A stretch of 64,000 bases of DNA from Octopus vulgaris (lineage: Eukaryota): assembly GCA_951406725.2 (NCBI GenBank), contig OX597824.1:91016001-91080000 (forward strand), in the 5' to 3' direction. Position numbers and translations under genes: made by a program. Each line of letters opens with the position of its first letter. Positions within the stretch are counted from its first letter, which is position 1. The notes beneath the pieces were generated by a model. The model made no database searches. It saw only the letters and a list, made by a program, of their open reading frames with translations, and was not told the origin of the DNA. Below, one piece after another: positions 48,306-61,094 of the stretch.

Positions 48306-48377
48306 TCCCAAGTAGTCTAGTGGTTAGGATTCCGCGCTCTCACCGCGGCGGCCGGGGTTCGATTCCCCGCTTGGGAA
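48306..48377 (+). tRNA. tRNA-Glu(CTC) copy 6, G9A variant
   Basis: As copy 1 except A at 48314; the A-box still fits TRG. Confidence 0.92.
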
Positions 48378-48384
48378 ATTGCTC

Positions 48385-48583
48385 TTTTATTCTTTTATTT
48401 GTTTCAGTCATTTAACTGCAGCCATGCTGGAATACCGCCTGTAGTTGAGCAAATCAACCCCAGTACTTATTCTATCGGTTTCTTTTGCCGAACCACTAAG
48501 TTACAGGACGTAGACTCTCCATGATCGGTTGTCAAGAGATGTCGTGGGACACAAACATACATACACACACACACACACACATA

Positions 48584-48644
<61 letters not shown>

Positions 48645-48647
48645 ATA

Positions 48648-48724
<77 letters not shown>

Positions 48725-48864
48725 GCTTCTTTCAGTTTCCGTCTACCAAGTCTTTGGTTGGCCCGAGGCTATAGTAGAAGACACTTGTCCAAGGTGCCAC
48801 GCAGTGGGACTGAACACGGAACCATGTGGTTCATAAGCAAGCTACATACTACACAGCCACTCCT
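48385..48864 (-). mobile_element. SINE family 1 immediately 3' of tRNA copy 6
   Basis: Homology to 22238-22646. Confidence 0.8.
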
Positions 48865-49119
48865 TGTTAATTCTTTATTTAGTTTGACGATAACCGATTT
48901 TTATAATTCTCGGATCGGTTATCTGTTAGTTGTTCACTCTAAGTGCTCAGTTTAATCAGATATTGTTATCGAAATGTTGTAAAAGGTTATTGCCTGTAAT
49001 TAGATAATCAACATACTTGATGGTAAACGCGATGCTCCAGCATGGCCGCAGTCAAATGACTGAAAGAAATAAAAGAATAGTTGTTCGTCTCTCAAGTGGT
49101 TCTTTCCTACCCGGGAAAT

Positions 49120-49340
49120 ACTCTTTTACTCTTTTACTTGTTTCAGTTATTTTGACTGCGGCCATGCTGGAACACCGCCTTTAATCGAGCAACTCGACCC
49201 CGGGACTTATTCTTTTGTAAGCCCAGTACTTATTCTATCGGTCTCTTTTGCCGAACCGCTAAGTAACGGGGACATAAACACACCAGCATCGGTTGTCAAG
49301 CAATGCTAGGGGGACAAACACGGACATACAAACACACACA

Positions 49341-49381
<41 letters not shown>

Positions 49382-49535
49382 GACGGGCTTCTTTTCAGTT
49401 TCCGTCTACCAAATCCACTCACAAGGCTTTGGTCGGCCCGAGGCTATAGTAGAAGACACTTGCCCAAGGTTCCACGCAGTGGGACTGAACCCGGAACCAT
49501 GTGGTTGGTAAACAAGCTACTTACCACAGAGCCAC
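49120..49535 (-). mobile_element. SINE family 1
   Basis: Homology to 22238-22646. Confidence 0.85.
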
Positions 49536-49858
49536 TAACGTATCTATTCTGTCTTGTTACGCTCTGGCAGATTCGAACTCGAACATGCTGATTGCTGCTG
49601 TATTTAGTCTTCGGAGAACATCTCCTTTTTTTGTCGATGTGTGTTCACAACACATCCGATTCGTTGATGTAAAGAGACTTTGAGGTACTGCCGTGTTTCA
49701 ACCTCATTGAGTGTCTCGTCAGGTAATGTTGTTCCGGATCACCGTATCTGTACGAGATTAACGGCTCTTGTTTATAGAACATCAGTCAACAGTATATTTG
49801 CTGAAGCGATAACAATTCATTAGAAGCGCGTAAAACATCGGGAATCCAAACAATAACG

Positions 49859-49952
<94 letters not shown>

Positions 49953-50364
49953 CAACAACAACAACAACAGCAACATCGAAAAATACCTTAGGAATGAGAA
50001 CCCAGGTTCGAAATTTCCCCGAGGCACTTGCTGAAGGCTGGAGGGTATATCAGCCGAAATGTTGTGTTAACAACAAACAAGATGAGGACATTACGGAGAT
50101 GTACTTGCTTAGCAAGTGATTTGATCTGAGATCGTGTGCTGAAACGAAAACAGTTGCAGCGTGGAAGGTGTTTGTAAGCCCTTTAAGAAACACACAAAAG
50201 CCGTTCTTAAATGGCTTACAAACACCTTCCAAGATGAGGACAAATATCCACCAAATGTAAATAAAGTACATAATTCCTCATCTCTTAAATATAGAACAGA
50301 ATAACGTATCTATTTGTTGGTTTCATTGATCAGGTTGCAACTTCCAAAGAAGAGATGTACTTTG

Positions 50365-50525
50365 GGCAAGTAGCTTGCTTACCAATCACATAGTGCGGGT
50401 TCAATCCCACTGCGTGGCACCTTGGGCAAGTGTCTTCTACTATAGCCTCGGGCCGACCAAAGCCTTGTCAGTGGATTTGGTAGATGGAAACGGAAAGAAG
50501 CCCGTCGTATATATATATATATATA

Positions 50526-50581
<56 letters not shown>

Positions 50582-50775
50582 CGTTTGTTCCCCTCCATCG
50601 CTTGACAACCGATGCTGGTGTGTTTATGTCCTCGAAATCTAGCGGTTCGGCAAAAAGACCCCGATAGAATAAGTACTTGGCTTACAAAGAATAAGTCCTG
50701 GGGTCGATTCGTTCGACTAAAAGGCGGTGCTCCAGCATGGCTGCAGCCAAATGACTGAAACAAGTAAAAGAATAA
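50365..50775 (+). mobile_element. SINE family 1
   Basis: Homology to 22238-22646. Confidence 0.8.
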
Positions 50776-51230
50776 AACAAATCTCAAACTGTCACTACTT
50801 CACCTTTAACCGAAAATGAATAATTCTTCCATATTTTGGAAAAAAAACCCCCTAAACTTAGAAACCTACGAAATATTTCTATTCGAAGACAGAAGACAGC
50901 AGAAGCCAAAATAAGGAATATATACGCAGTTAAATATAGAAGTGTAAAATATAATTTGTTACATAATCTCTATAATAAAACATGATACTGAATGCAATAA
51001 TTCTCCGTTTGAACTTTACTAATTACATATATGTGTATGTGTGTGTGTGTGTGTGTGTGGTAGAAATCTACGGATGCACAAACGAACAAAACGGAAAAAA
51101 TGAAACAAATTTGGACGACTTATTCAGAAACACCCTCGAGTGGGGAACGGTTCTCAAAAATAACCCCCAATTGTTTTCTCCCGAAATTCCTGTGTCTTCG
51201 GAATCTACATAGTCCGAGGTATATTTGTAG

Positions 51231-51482
51231 GGTACAACTGTTTAAGAAGAGTGGTCCCGGTGCGCGCACTCGCGTACTCTCGCATCCGCGCTAGCTAGTC
51301 GTGACTAGTCGATCCTACAATGACTACCTAGCAAAGTAAATAAAATACAAAATAAATAATTTTTTACACAAAGTAAATAAAACACAAAAACACAAAGTAA
51401 GGATCGACTAGTCACGGCTAGCTAGTGCGGATGCGCGAGTTCGCGAGTGCGCACACCGGGACCACTCTTCTTAAATAGTACC
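51231..51482. mobile_element. Mutator-like MITE with ~85-bp TIRs and 9-bp TSD
   Basis: GGTAC...GTACC ends, long GC-rich inverted arms, TATTTGTAG on both sides (51222-51230, 51483-51491). Confidence 0.85.
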
Positions 51483-51897
51483 TATTTGTAGAGAATTTTA
51501 TTTAAAAATATCTATTTTCTTGAAAGTTGAGAGGAATAGAAGTGAACTCCGGTGAATTTTCCGAAATACTTTTCCCCAAAAATTTTATGTATTCGGAATC
51601 TACATGGTATAACAGAAATTCGTAGAAAATTTCATTAAAAGACATCTATTTTTCTGAAAGTTATGATCATCCAAAGTCGGGAGGGAGGTGCAGAAATCTC
51701 TAGTTACACCCGAAATGTTTCTACTCGAAGGCAGGCAACAGGCAAGAGGGAAAGTAGCGTTATGTAGGTTGTTTTGCTTCTGAGAGGCTGACTCAAAATA
51801 AAATTGCTTTGCTTGACATCAATACACAGGCACGGCTGTTCACAAGACTATTAACACGTTCGACTATATTCTTATTTTGCTGTATCTGTATTCAGCA

Positions 51898-51969
51898 TCC
51901 CAAGTGGTCTAGTGGTTAGGATTCCGCGCTCTCACCGCGGCGGCCGGGGTTCGATTCCCCGCTTGGGAA
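51898..51969 (+). tRNA. tRNA-Glu(CTC) copy 7
   Basis: Identical to copy 1; TTTT downstream. Confidence 0.96.
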
Positions 51970-52211
51970 ATAGCTATTTTGCTTCATGTTAATAAAAATA
52001 ATGTCTCTTCACTGGTGAAGTCATCTTTAAAATTATGTTTGCTCCAAGTAATTTCTCTTCCTTGTCGAACTGTTTATGCAAACATGACATTTTTCTTCTT
52101 CTTCTTTCCATTACAAATTGGATGCGAAACAGCAGAATTTCGAGGCTACGTCGCTTAAAATTTTACGAAGGGCCCCTCAATAGTAAAAAGGTCTGACTAA
52201 CCGCTTTTGCA

Positions 52212-52769
52212 ATATTTTGGTCAGTTTAATCGCCACATTTGAGATATTTTATTATCTCAAATATCGAACCCCGCAGTACTTAACTTTCATTTGTTTGGCT
52301 AAGCCTGGTATTTTATCGGTCTCTTTTGCCGAACTGCTAATTAACGGGACCGTAAACACACCAACTCGAATACTCCGGAAGATGTTCGAAAAATAAGAGG
52401 TATTACCTTAGTTCACTGGTAGTGAACAGCTGACACCGTAGTACATCTCCAGTGTTAGAAGCTGTGCAAAGGCAACAATAATAATAATAACAATAATTAT
52501 TATTTCTTTATTGCCCACAGGGGACTAAACACAGAGGTCGACTTTGCCTTTCATCCTTTCGGGGTCGATAAATTAAGTACCAGCTACGCACTGGGGTCGA
52601 TGTAATCGACTTAATCCGTTTGTCTGTCTGTCCTTGTTTGTCCCCTCTGTGTTTAGCCCCTTGTGGGTAGTAAAGAAAGATATATATATAGTTAATCCAA
52701 ACATGAACTGAATCTAAATTTTGCTGAACTTATACATACATATATATATATATATATATATTTGTGCGC

Positions 52770-52812
<43 letters not shown>

Positions 52813-53266
52813 TGTGTTTGTCCCCCCAGCATCGCTTGACAACTGATGCTGGTGTGTTTATGTCCCCGTCTCGTAGCGGTTCGGCAAGAAAGACCGATAG
52901 AATAAGTACTAGTCTTACAAAGAATAAGTCCTGAGGTCGATTTGGTCGACTAAAGGCGGTGCTCCAACATAGCCACAGTCAAATGACTGAAACAAAAAAA
53001 AAAAGAGAATAAAAGAATAAAAATGAAAAGTGAAAACATTGGACATCTTATTTAATCTGATAACATTTTTATAACAAATCATACCAATGACTATTGAGGA
53101 GGCCAAAAGTCAACAATCTGTTGAAGTATTGAATCACTCTTGTCGCCTCGTAAACTCAACTGTCTAGTGAGGAGATAACCCAATTTTTTAATGGCGATGT
53201 TTTAATGGGGTTGAGATAACAAGAAAGAACCATATGCGTGGGAGGCAAGCTTCTTACCACACAGCC

Positions 53267-53304
<38 letters not shown>

Positions 53305-53482
53305 TAAATTATATTCTTTTATGCTTTTATTCGTTTCAGTCATTTGACTGCGGCCATGCTGGAGCACCGCCTTTAGTCGCGCAAATCGATCCCAGGACTT
53401 ATTCTTAGTAAACCTAGTACTTATTCTATCGATCTCTTATGCGGAACCGCCAAACACACCAGCACCGATGTCAAGCGATGTT

Positions 53483-53544
<62 letters not shown>

Positions 53545-54635
53545 GTGTCTTGCCTTCGAAACACGCTAAGTCTACTAGTGACAGCTGATGAAGGGGATTT
53601 TTTCCTTGTGTAGCATGTCCTGTACCTTGCTTTTCTGTTGTAAATAATGTTTTTCCCGTTTTCGTTCTCGTCCTGTTCCACGTCTCTGTCTTTCTGTTGT
53701 AACAAAATGGCTTTTCCGTTTTCGTTTCTGTTGAGTTTTACGTCTTTTTGTGGTGTCCTGTACGTATATATATTTATATATGCATGTATATATACATGTA
53801 GATGTCGGTACGTACATATATGTTTGTATGTATGTATATATATTATTTATTACACTATATATATATATATATATACGACGGGCTTCTTTCAGTTTCCGTC
53901 TACCAAATCCACTCACAAGGCTTTGGTCAGCCTGAGGCTATAAAAGAAGACACTTACCCAAGATGCCACGCAGTGGGACTGAACCTGGAACCATGTGGCT
54001 GGTTAGCAAGCTACTTACCACACAGCCACTCCTATATTATATCTATTCATATATACGCGACTGCGTGTATACTTGAGCTTGTATCCCTGTGTTCGTGTCT
54101 GTCCCCACACCGCTTGACAACCGGTGTTGGTTTCTTTACGTCCCCATAACATAGCGGTTTGGCAAAAGACACAGATAAAATAATTAACAAACTTCAAAAT
54201 AAAGAAACAATTAAATATGTAAGTACTGTGGTTGTGATTTGCCGTCAAGGCAAGTGCCCCAGCTTGGTCGCAGTCCGATGAGCGATACATGTAAAAGAGG
54301 GTGAATTTAAATAATGCGTAGCCCCTGCCTGCATAAGAAAAAGAAAACGGGATCGTCACGGCTGGAGTGCCTTTAATTACAGGAGGGCTACAACGACGAT
54401 GTTTTTTCTCATAGGCTGACCTAGAAGTAAGCAACAACAACAACAGGAACAACAACAACGTCAACACTGACTTTAAATATCTGTCACTGCCACCACCACC
54501 ACCACCACAACCAACACCAACACCACCATACCACCACCACTGCCACCACCACCGCCACACCAGTCACCGAATACCAGATGAGTCAATGCGTTTGCTTACC
54601 TTTTTACATTTACCTGTCTATTATAAAAAGTTGAA

Positions 54636-54705
<70 letters not shown>

Positions 54706-54813
54706 GGTGGTGGTAGTGGTGGTGGTAACATCACATCCAACAGCCAGGCTGTGAGCCAGCTGTTAGTCGTAGCACACCCTGCCTTAAATCTGACTCACAT
54801 CTCACACACACAC

Positions 54814-54881
<68 letters not shown>

Positions 54882-56515
54882 CTGTATATCTATGTATTTG
54901 TGTGTAATTTATGTATATATATATGTATAAATATATGTATACAACAGGTAAGTTCGCGCATTAACATAATCAGTCCAGTGAGCCGAGGAGCGTAAATTAA
55001 TTAAAAATAACCCCGTGGTGAGAGAAAATAATTGTGAACTTAATGATTAATTTTAGCAAAAGTAGATAAGGGAGGCAACTGTAGAATTTTAATTAATAAA
55101 AATGATAAAAATAGAATGTGGGTAACATAATCGGGAATGGGACTCATCTTGATAAAAGAGAGGTAACTTCGGACATATTTCACTCTTATTAGAACTCCTC
55201 AGTAAAGTAGATTCCTTATCTATACTGACGGAGGTCATGGATACTAGTACACACATACAAGCAGTCACACGGGTGTACACACACACGTACACACACACAC
55301 AACTCTTTCATAATATTCTCACCTTCACCTACTCTTTGAAGCAAACATACATCTACACACACACACACACATGCATACACACACACACACACAGAGAAAG
55401 CATGTATACACGCAGACATAAAGCCAATTCTCAGACAGATGAAAAGAAGACTTTGAAGCGATCGTTAGGGAACACACCGAGTCCCTGGAAAGTGGCGGAC
55501 AGTGAAGAAAGGGCTTTGTCTAATAAACAACCGATCGATTGTTTAACCAACACATTAAACAAACGATCGATTAGCTAATTGGTTTAGATATTTAACTATT
55601 TGATCAACAATAAAGAAGTGGAACTGAACCTGTGCGTGTGTTACTATTATTGGCGTAATGATTCCCCTATACCACAATAAATCGCTAAATCCACAAGTTT
55701 CTTTTCTTTTTAGTCTCTCTCTCTATTTATTTCCTCATGTTCCTTCCAGCTGAAGAGCGTTGGCTCGAAATGTAAAAGACTTCCCCACTTTCCTGAACGT
55801 CAAACTAATACACCTGCTTGTTGTTGATTCACATGTCTTCGTCATAATATGTGACCGCGTGTGTATCGTTGGCGATTTTTTTCCCTCCGTCTTCCCTTCT
55901 TTGGATCTTTCCTTTCCCTATGTTTCTGACGAAGAGCTCCGCTCGAAACGTTAAATCCTCCTTCTTTCTTTCCTTTCCTGAGCGTCCAATAACACTATAC
56001 TTGCTCCACGTCCTCGCGTTGTGTTTTCTCTTTGTTCATGTTTGGATTAACTATATATATATCTTTCTTTACTACCCACAAGGGGCTAAACAAGGACAGA
56101 CAGACAAACGGATTAAGTCGATTACATCGACCCCAGTGCGTAGCTGGTACTTAATTTATCGACTCCGAAAGAATGAAAGGCAAAGTCGACCTCTGTGTTT
56201 AGTCCCCTGTGGGCAATAAAGAAATAATAATTATTGTTATTATCATTATTGTTGCCTTTGCACAGCTTCTAACACTGGAGATGTACTACAGTGTCAGCTG
56301 TTCACTACCAGTGAACTAAGGTAACACTTCTTATTTTTCGAACCTCTTCCGGAGTATTCGAGCTGGTATGTTTACGTTCCCGTTAATTAGCTGTTCGGCA
56401 AAAGAGACCGATAAAATACCAGGCTTAGCCAAACAAATGAAAGTTAAGTACTGCGGGGTTCGACATTTGAGATAATAAAATATCTCAAATGTGGCGATTA
56501 AACTGACCAAAATAT
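52212..56515. repeat. inverted duplication, ~490-bp arms (52212-52708 and 56034-56515)
   Basis: Reverse-complement match that includes non-SINE sequence. Confidence 0.88.
55922..55956 (+). ncRNA. minimal hammerhead ribozyme-like motif, intact core
   Basis: GTTT-CTGACGA-A-GAGC(TCC)GCTC-GAA-ACGT-T-AAAT. Confidence 0.65.
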
Positions 56516-56587
56516 ATGGTACTTAAGTTAAAGGCACCAGCATTTAGTATGGTATTATCCATATAATTCAAAATGGGGTGATTATTT

Positions 56588-56627
<40 letters not shown>

Positions 56628-56631
<4 letters not shown>

Positions 56632-56849
56632 AGGAAAAATTTTTTTAAAAATGCAGAATGCTCAAATGAAAGAAAATTTTAATAAAATGAGAAATTGATA
56701 AAATATATAAATATATATTTATTCAACCGGTTTTCGTCATTGTATGACTTGTCAAGAATATTTATGTTTATATATTTTATCAATTTCTCATTTTATTAAA
56801 ATTTTCTTTCATTTGAGCATTCTGCATTTTAAAAAAAAATTTTCCTTAC
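56628..56849. repeat. AT-rich foldback element, ~83-bp arms, between (TA)n tracts
   Basis: 56628-56711 vs 56768-56849. Confidence 0.85.
56720..56760 (-). ncRNA. hammerhead-like motif, U3:A8 core variant, at the centre of a foldback element
   Basis: Minus strand TATTC-TTGACAA-GTCAT(ACA)ATGAC-GAAA-ACCGGT-T-GAATA (one extra A). Confidence 0.45.
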
Positions 56850-56895
56850 TTATCATTTCTCCACGTGCGGTCAACACAACCCCACCATTTATTGA

Positions 56896-56975
<80 letters not shown>

Positions 56976-57148
56976 ATAGCTCATTAATTAATTTTATTCA
57001 TTTATTTAATTATTTATTCTTATTTCGTTGCTGGATACTTATATTCCGGTTGGGTCTGGTCTTTACTGCACTGCTTCAAGTTGTGTTCTGGTTTTGATTT
57101 TTATTTATTTTTTTTTGCATAGTTATTCGTGTGTTTATGAGTGTACGT

Positions 57149-57195
<47 letters not shown>

Positions 57196-57448
57196 TATGT
57201 GTATGTGTGTGTGCGTGCGTGTGTTTGGGTGTGGTCTTTACTACCCTGCTTGAAGTTAGGTTCCGTTTGGGTTTTTTTTTTTGCATAATTATTTGGGTTT
57301 TTTTGTGTGTGTGTGTGTTCGTGTTTGTCCCTTTCTTTCAACATCTGTCAAACCATTTATTTTTTTCCTAACCAGTCACCTTGCTTGACCGCTAAATCCA
57401 CAAGTTTTTTGTTTTTTAAATTCTCTCTCTGTTCATTTCCTCAAATTC

Positions 57449-57484
57449 CTTTCTGATGAAGAGCAAAGGCTCGAAACGTAAAAG
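57449..57484 (+). ncRNA. minimal type-I hammerhead ribozyme-like motif, intact core (family A)
   Basis: CTTT-CTGATGA-A-GAGC(AAAG)GCTC-GAA-ACGT-A-AAAG. Confidence 0.7.
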
Positions 57485-59486
57485 ACTTTCTCACCATCCC
57501 AAGCGTTAAACTAATATACCTGTTTGTTGTTTATACACCTACCTTCGTATTTTGTTTTTCTATAAATTTAAACTATATATATATATATGTGTGTATGCAT
57601 GTATACATACATACATACATACATACATACATACATACATACATACATACATACATACATACATACATACATACATACATACAGTGAACGATGCGTGTAT
57701 GTTGGTGGTTTTTGGCTGTGCTGTTGTTTTATTCTGAAGCACCTTGGTTCTCCTTCTTTCAAGAAACTCCTTCGTTTTCGTTCCTTTGAAGTTTCTAAAA
57801 GTGTATCTGCTTTCTTCATTGAAGCCTGACGTGTGTTGCGGTGTTAATTGGTAGGTGGTCCCAGGAATGTTGGCGAATTGTTTGCCAGGTGGTTGCGGTG
57901 GTGGTTAGGGGTCTGTAGCAGGATGGGATGTCGGCAGAAGAGTTCTGCTCAGATTGGGGATGGAGATACAGAAGTCGGTGCGTACGTGCGTGCTCAAGTC
58001 TGTGCTTGTGTGTGAAACTGTATGTGTGCATGTATGTGAAGGTGTGAGTGTGTGCATGTGAAGTCTGTGTGTATGTGTGTGTAAAAGTGCGCAGGTATGC
58101 GTGTGTGTGTGTGTGTGTGTGTGTGTATGCATGAAGGTATATGTGTATGTATGTGAAGATTTGTGTATGTGAAGAGTGTGTGTGTGGTTGTTTGTAAAGA
58201 AGTGTATGGATGGATGTGTGTGTACGTATGCATGCATGCATGTATGTATGTATGTATGTATTATGTATGTATGTATATATGGATGTGTGTGTATGTATGT
58301 GTGTGTATGTATATATGACTGGCTGGCTAGAAGGATGTGTGTGTGTGTACATATATGTATAAGTGAAGGTGTGTGTGTGAAAGTGTGCATGTATGCGTGT
58401 GTGTGTGTGTGTGTATGAAGACGTGTATGTATGGTGTATATGTGCGCGCGCGCGCGTGTGTGTGTGTGAAGGTGTAAGTACGTGTGTGTTTGTGGTTGTA
58501 TGTAAAGGTGTGTATGTGTACGTTTATGTATGCGTGTGTCTGCGTGTGCGAAGGTGTGTGTACGTAGTTGTTTGTGGACGCGTGACGCTACGAACGTGTG
58601 TCTGAGGAGTGCGTATGTGTATGCTTGCGTGTATATGTGTGTGTGAGCGCGCACCTGTACGAAGGTGTGTATGTGAAGGTGTGGACTGATTAAGGAGTTT
58701 AGCTGTTAAGCAATTATGTTTACCTTGTCTATTACCTGTATCTTTGGGAAATCAGGAAGTATCGAGTGCCAAGCCCAAACATCGGTGGTGTTCTAAAGAG
58801 TCTTAAAATGTGGAGGTCGGTGTCTGTAGTCTTGTTTGATGGTGGCGGTTTGTGTGTGTGCATGTATGTATGTATGTATGTGTATGTATGTATGTATGTA
58901 TGTATGTATGTATGTGTGTGTGTATGTATGTATGGATGGATGGATGTGTGTATGTATATATGTTTGTATGTATGTATGTATGTATGTATGTATGTATGTA
59001 TGTATATGTGTGTATGTATGTATATATGGATGGATGTGTGTGTATACATATATGTATAAGTGAAGGTGTCTGTGTGTGTATTCATATATGTATATGTGTG
59101 TGTATGTATGTATGGATGGATGGATGGGTGGGTGGGTGGATGGATGGGTGTGTGTATGCGTGTGTATACATATTTATATGAGTGTGTGTGAGTTCTCTTC
59201 TATTCTTAATTATTTGGAGTTTTCATCTAAGGAAGGAGTTGGTTTTCGACCAAGATACAAAGTTCCATCATTGAAATGCAGAAAACAAGGACAAATTCAT
59301 ATTCTAAACTTGAGAAAAATCTTGCAGAATTTCACTGTTCCACTTACGGATTGTATTTATAATGTATGTACCTGTTGGAAGATTTCTTTTCCTGAAAACT
59401 CAAGCTTATCCAAGCTTAGGCATTTACTTACAAAGCTAAGAGCACCAATTATTATCGTTATAAATGAATTTGTAATGAGGTACCAT

Positions 59487-59875
59487 AGGCGTAGGAGTGG
59501 CTGAGTGGTAAGAAGCTTGCTTCCCAGCTACAAGGTTCCGGGTTCAGTCGTGGAACCTTGGACAGGTATCTTCTGCTATAGTCTCAGGCCGATTAAAGCC
59601 TTGTGAGTGGATTTGATTGACGGAAACTGTAAGAAACCCATCGTATGTGTGTGTGTGAGTAAGTGTGTTTGTGTTTGTCCCCCTCCACCATCGCTTGATA
59701 ACCGATGTTAGTGTGTTTACCTCCCCGTAATCTGGCGGTTCGGCAAAAGAGACCAATAGAATAAGTACCAGGCTTACAAAAATATAAGTCCTGGGGTCGA
59801 TTTGTTCGACTAAAGGCTGTGCCCCAGCATGGCCGCAGTCAAGTGACTAAAACAAATGAAAGACTAAAAGAATAG
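59487..59875 (+). mobile_element. SINE family 1
   Basis: Homology to 22238-22646. Confidence 0.8.
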
Positions 59876-60119
59876 AAGTCGAAGATCTCGAAGTAGTTGT
59901 TTGTCTGACGGTCTGTCTGCATACCTGTCCGCCTGTCCGTCAATCTGTCTGTCTGCATACCTGTCCGCCTGTCCGTCAGTCCGTCTGTAGAAAGAATATC
60001 ATCGTCAGCGATCCGTCTCGCGAGTGACCGCACTCACACACACATACATACACATATAGACTCATACGCATACACAAATCCTCTCTCTCTCTCACTCTCT
60101 CCACACACATACACACACA

Positions 60120-60158
<39 letters not shown>

Positions 60159-60940
60159 ACACACACACATACACACACACACACATACACATACACACAC
60201 ACACACATACACACACATACACTGTCTATTATATTCGTGTACTACGTGCTACTGTTCTAACATTTTTTCTTCTTTTGGTTTTGAAAATGGAAGTGATGGG
60301 TGGTGATGGAGGAAAAGGGTGGTGGTGGTGGTGGTGATGGTGGCAGTGGTTAGGTTACGGTTACAAAACTGGTGCTGTTGTTGTTGTTGTTGTTGTTGCT
60401 GTCGCTGCTCGTGGGCCCCACTTCTTAGGACAATTCCACCGGAGCAGAAGTAGTTCCAACCGTCGATGACACGATATTGTCCGTGTCATTTCATGGACTT
60501 GTAAAAATCTGTGAATTCAGAGAGACATGACTGCTGTTTCTAGCTGGCCGTGCGACCGCATAGAGGCTCGCGATACGATGGTGATGGTGATGATGATGAT
60601 GATGATGATGGCAATGGTTATGAGAGTGATGTTAGGGGGTGGGGCGTGGGAGTGAGGGCGATTGTGATGATAAATGCAAATGCTGGGATAATTAATACCC
60701 CGGGTATCGGTTAAGGAAGGGTAGACGATACCGGAAGTAATGCGGGGTGGATCAGGTCAAACGTGATTGTGAATGAGGTTCATTGAAGACAGCGTTAGTA
60801 ATAAGGGGTGTGGGGTGGCGGTGGCGGCAGCGGTGGGGGGGGTAGTGGTGGTGGTGAAAAATGAAAAATGTGGAATGATCAGTGGTGGCAGTTGTAATTG
60901 TGGTGCAGCACGATGGTAATGGTGGTGGTGGTGGAAGTGA

Positions 60941-60972
<32 letters not shown>

Positions 60973-60983
60973 TGTAGTAGTAT

Positions 60984-61034
<51 letters not shown>

Positions 61035-61047
61035 ACAGCAACAGCAA

Positions 61048-61094
<47 letters not shown>

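Noticed and set aside
49078-49120. Possible collapsed eighth tRNA-Glu copy (TCTCAAGTGGT...CGGGAAATA)
   Set aside because: Only ~10-nt matches at each end; cannot be told from chance.
53545-53600. CGAAAC...CTGATGA as a permuted hammerhead (related repeat at ~43040-43095, minus)
   Set aside because: Helices I and III could not be paired convincingly; a family consensus is needed.
57816-58654. Long H/T- or C/V/Y-rich ORFs here and throughout the track
   Set aside because: Stop-poor frames of (CA)n, (TA)n and (TACA)n microsatellites.
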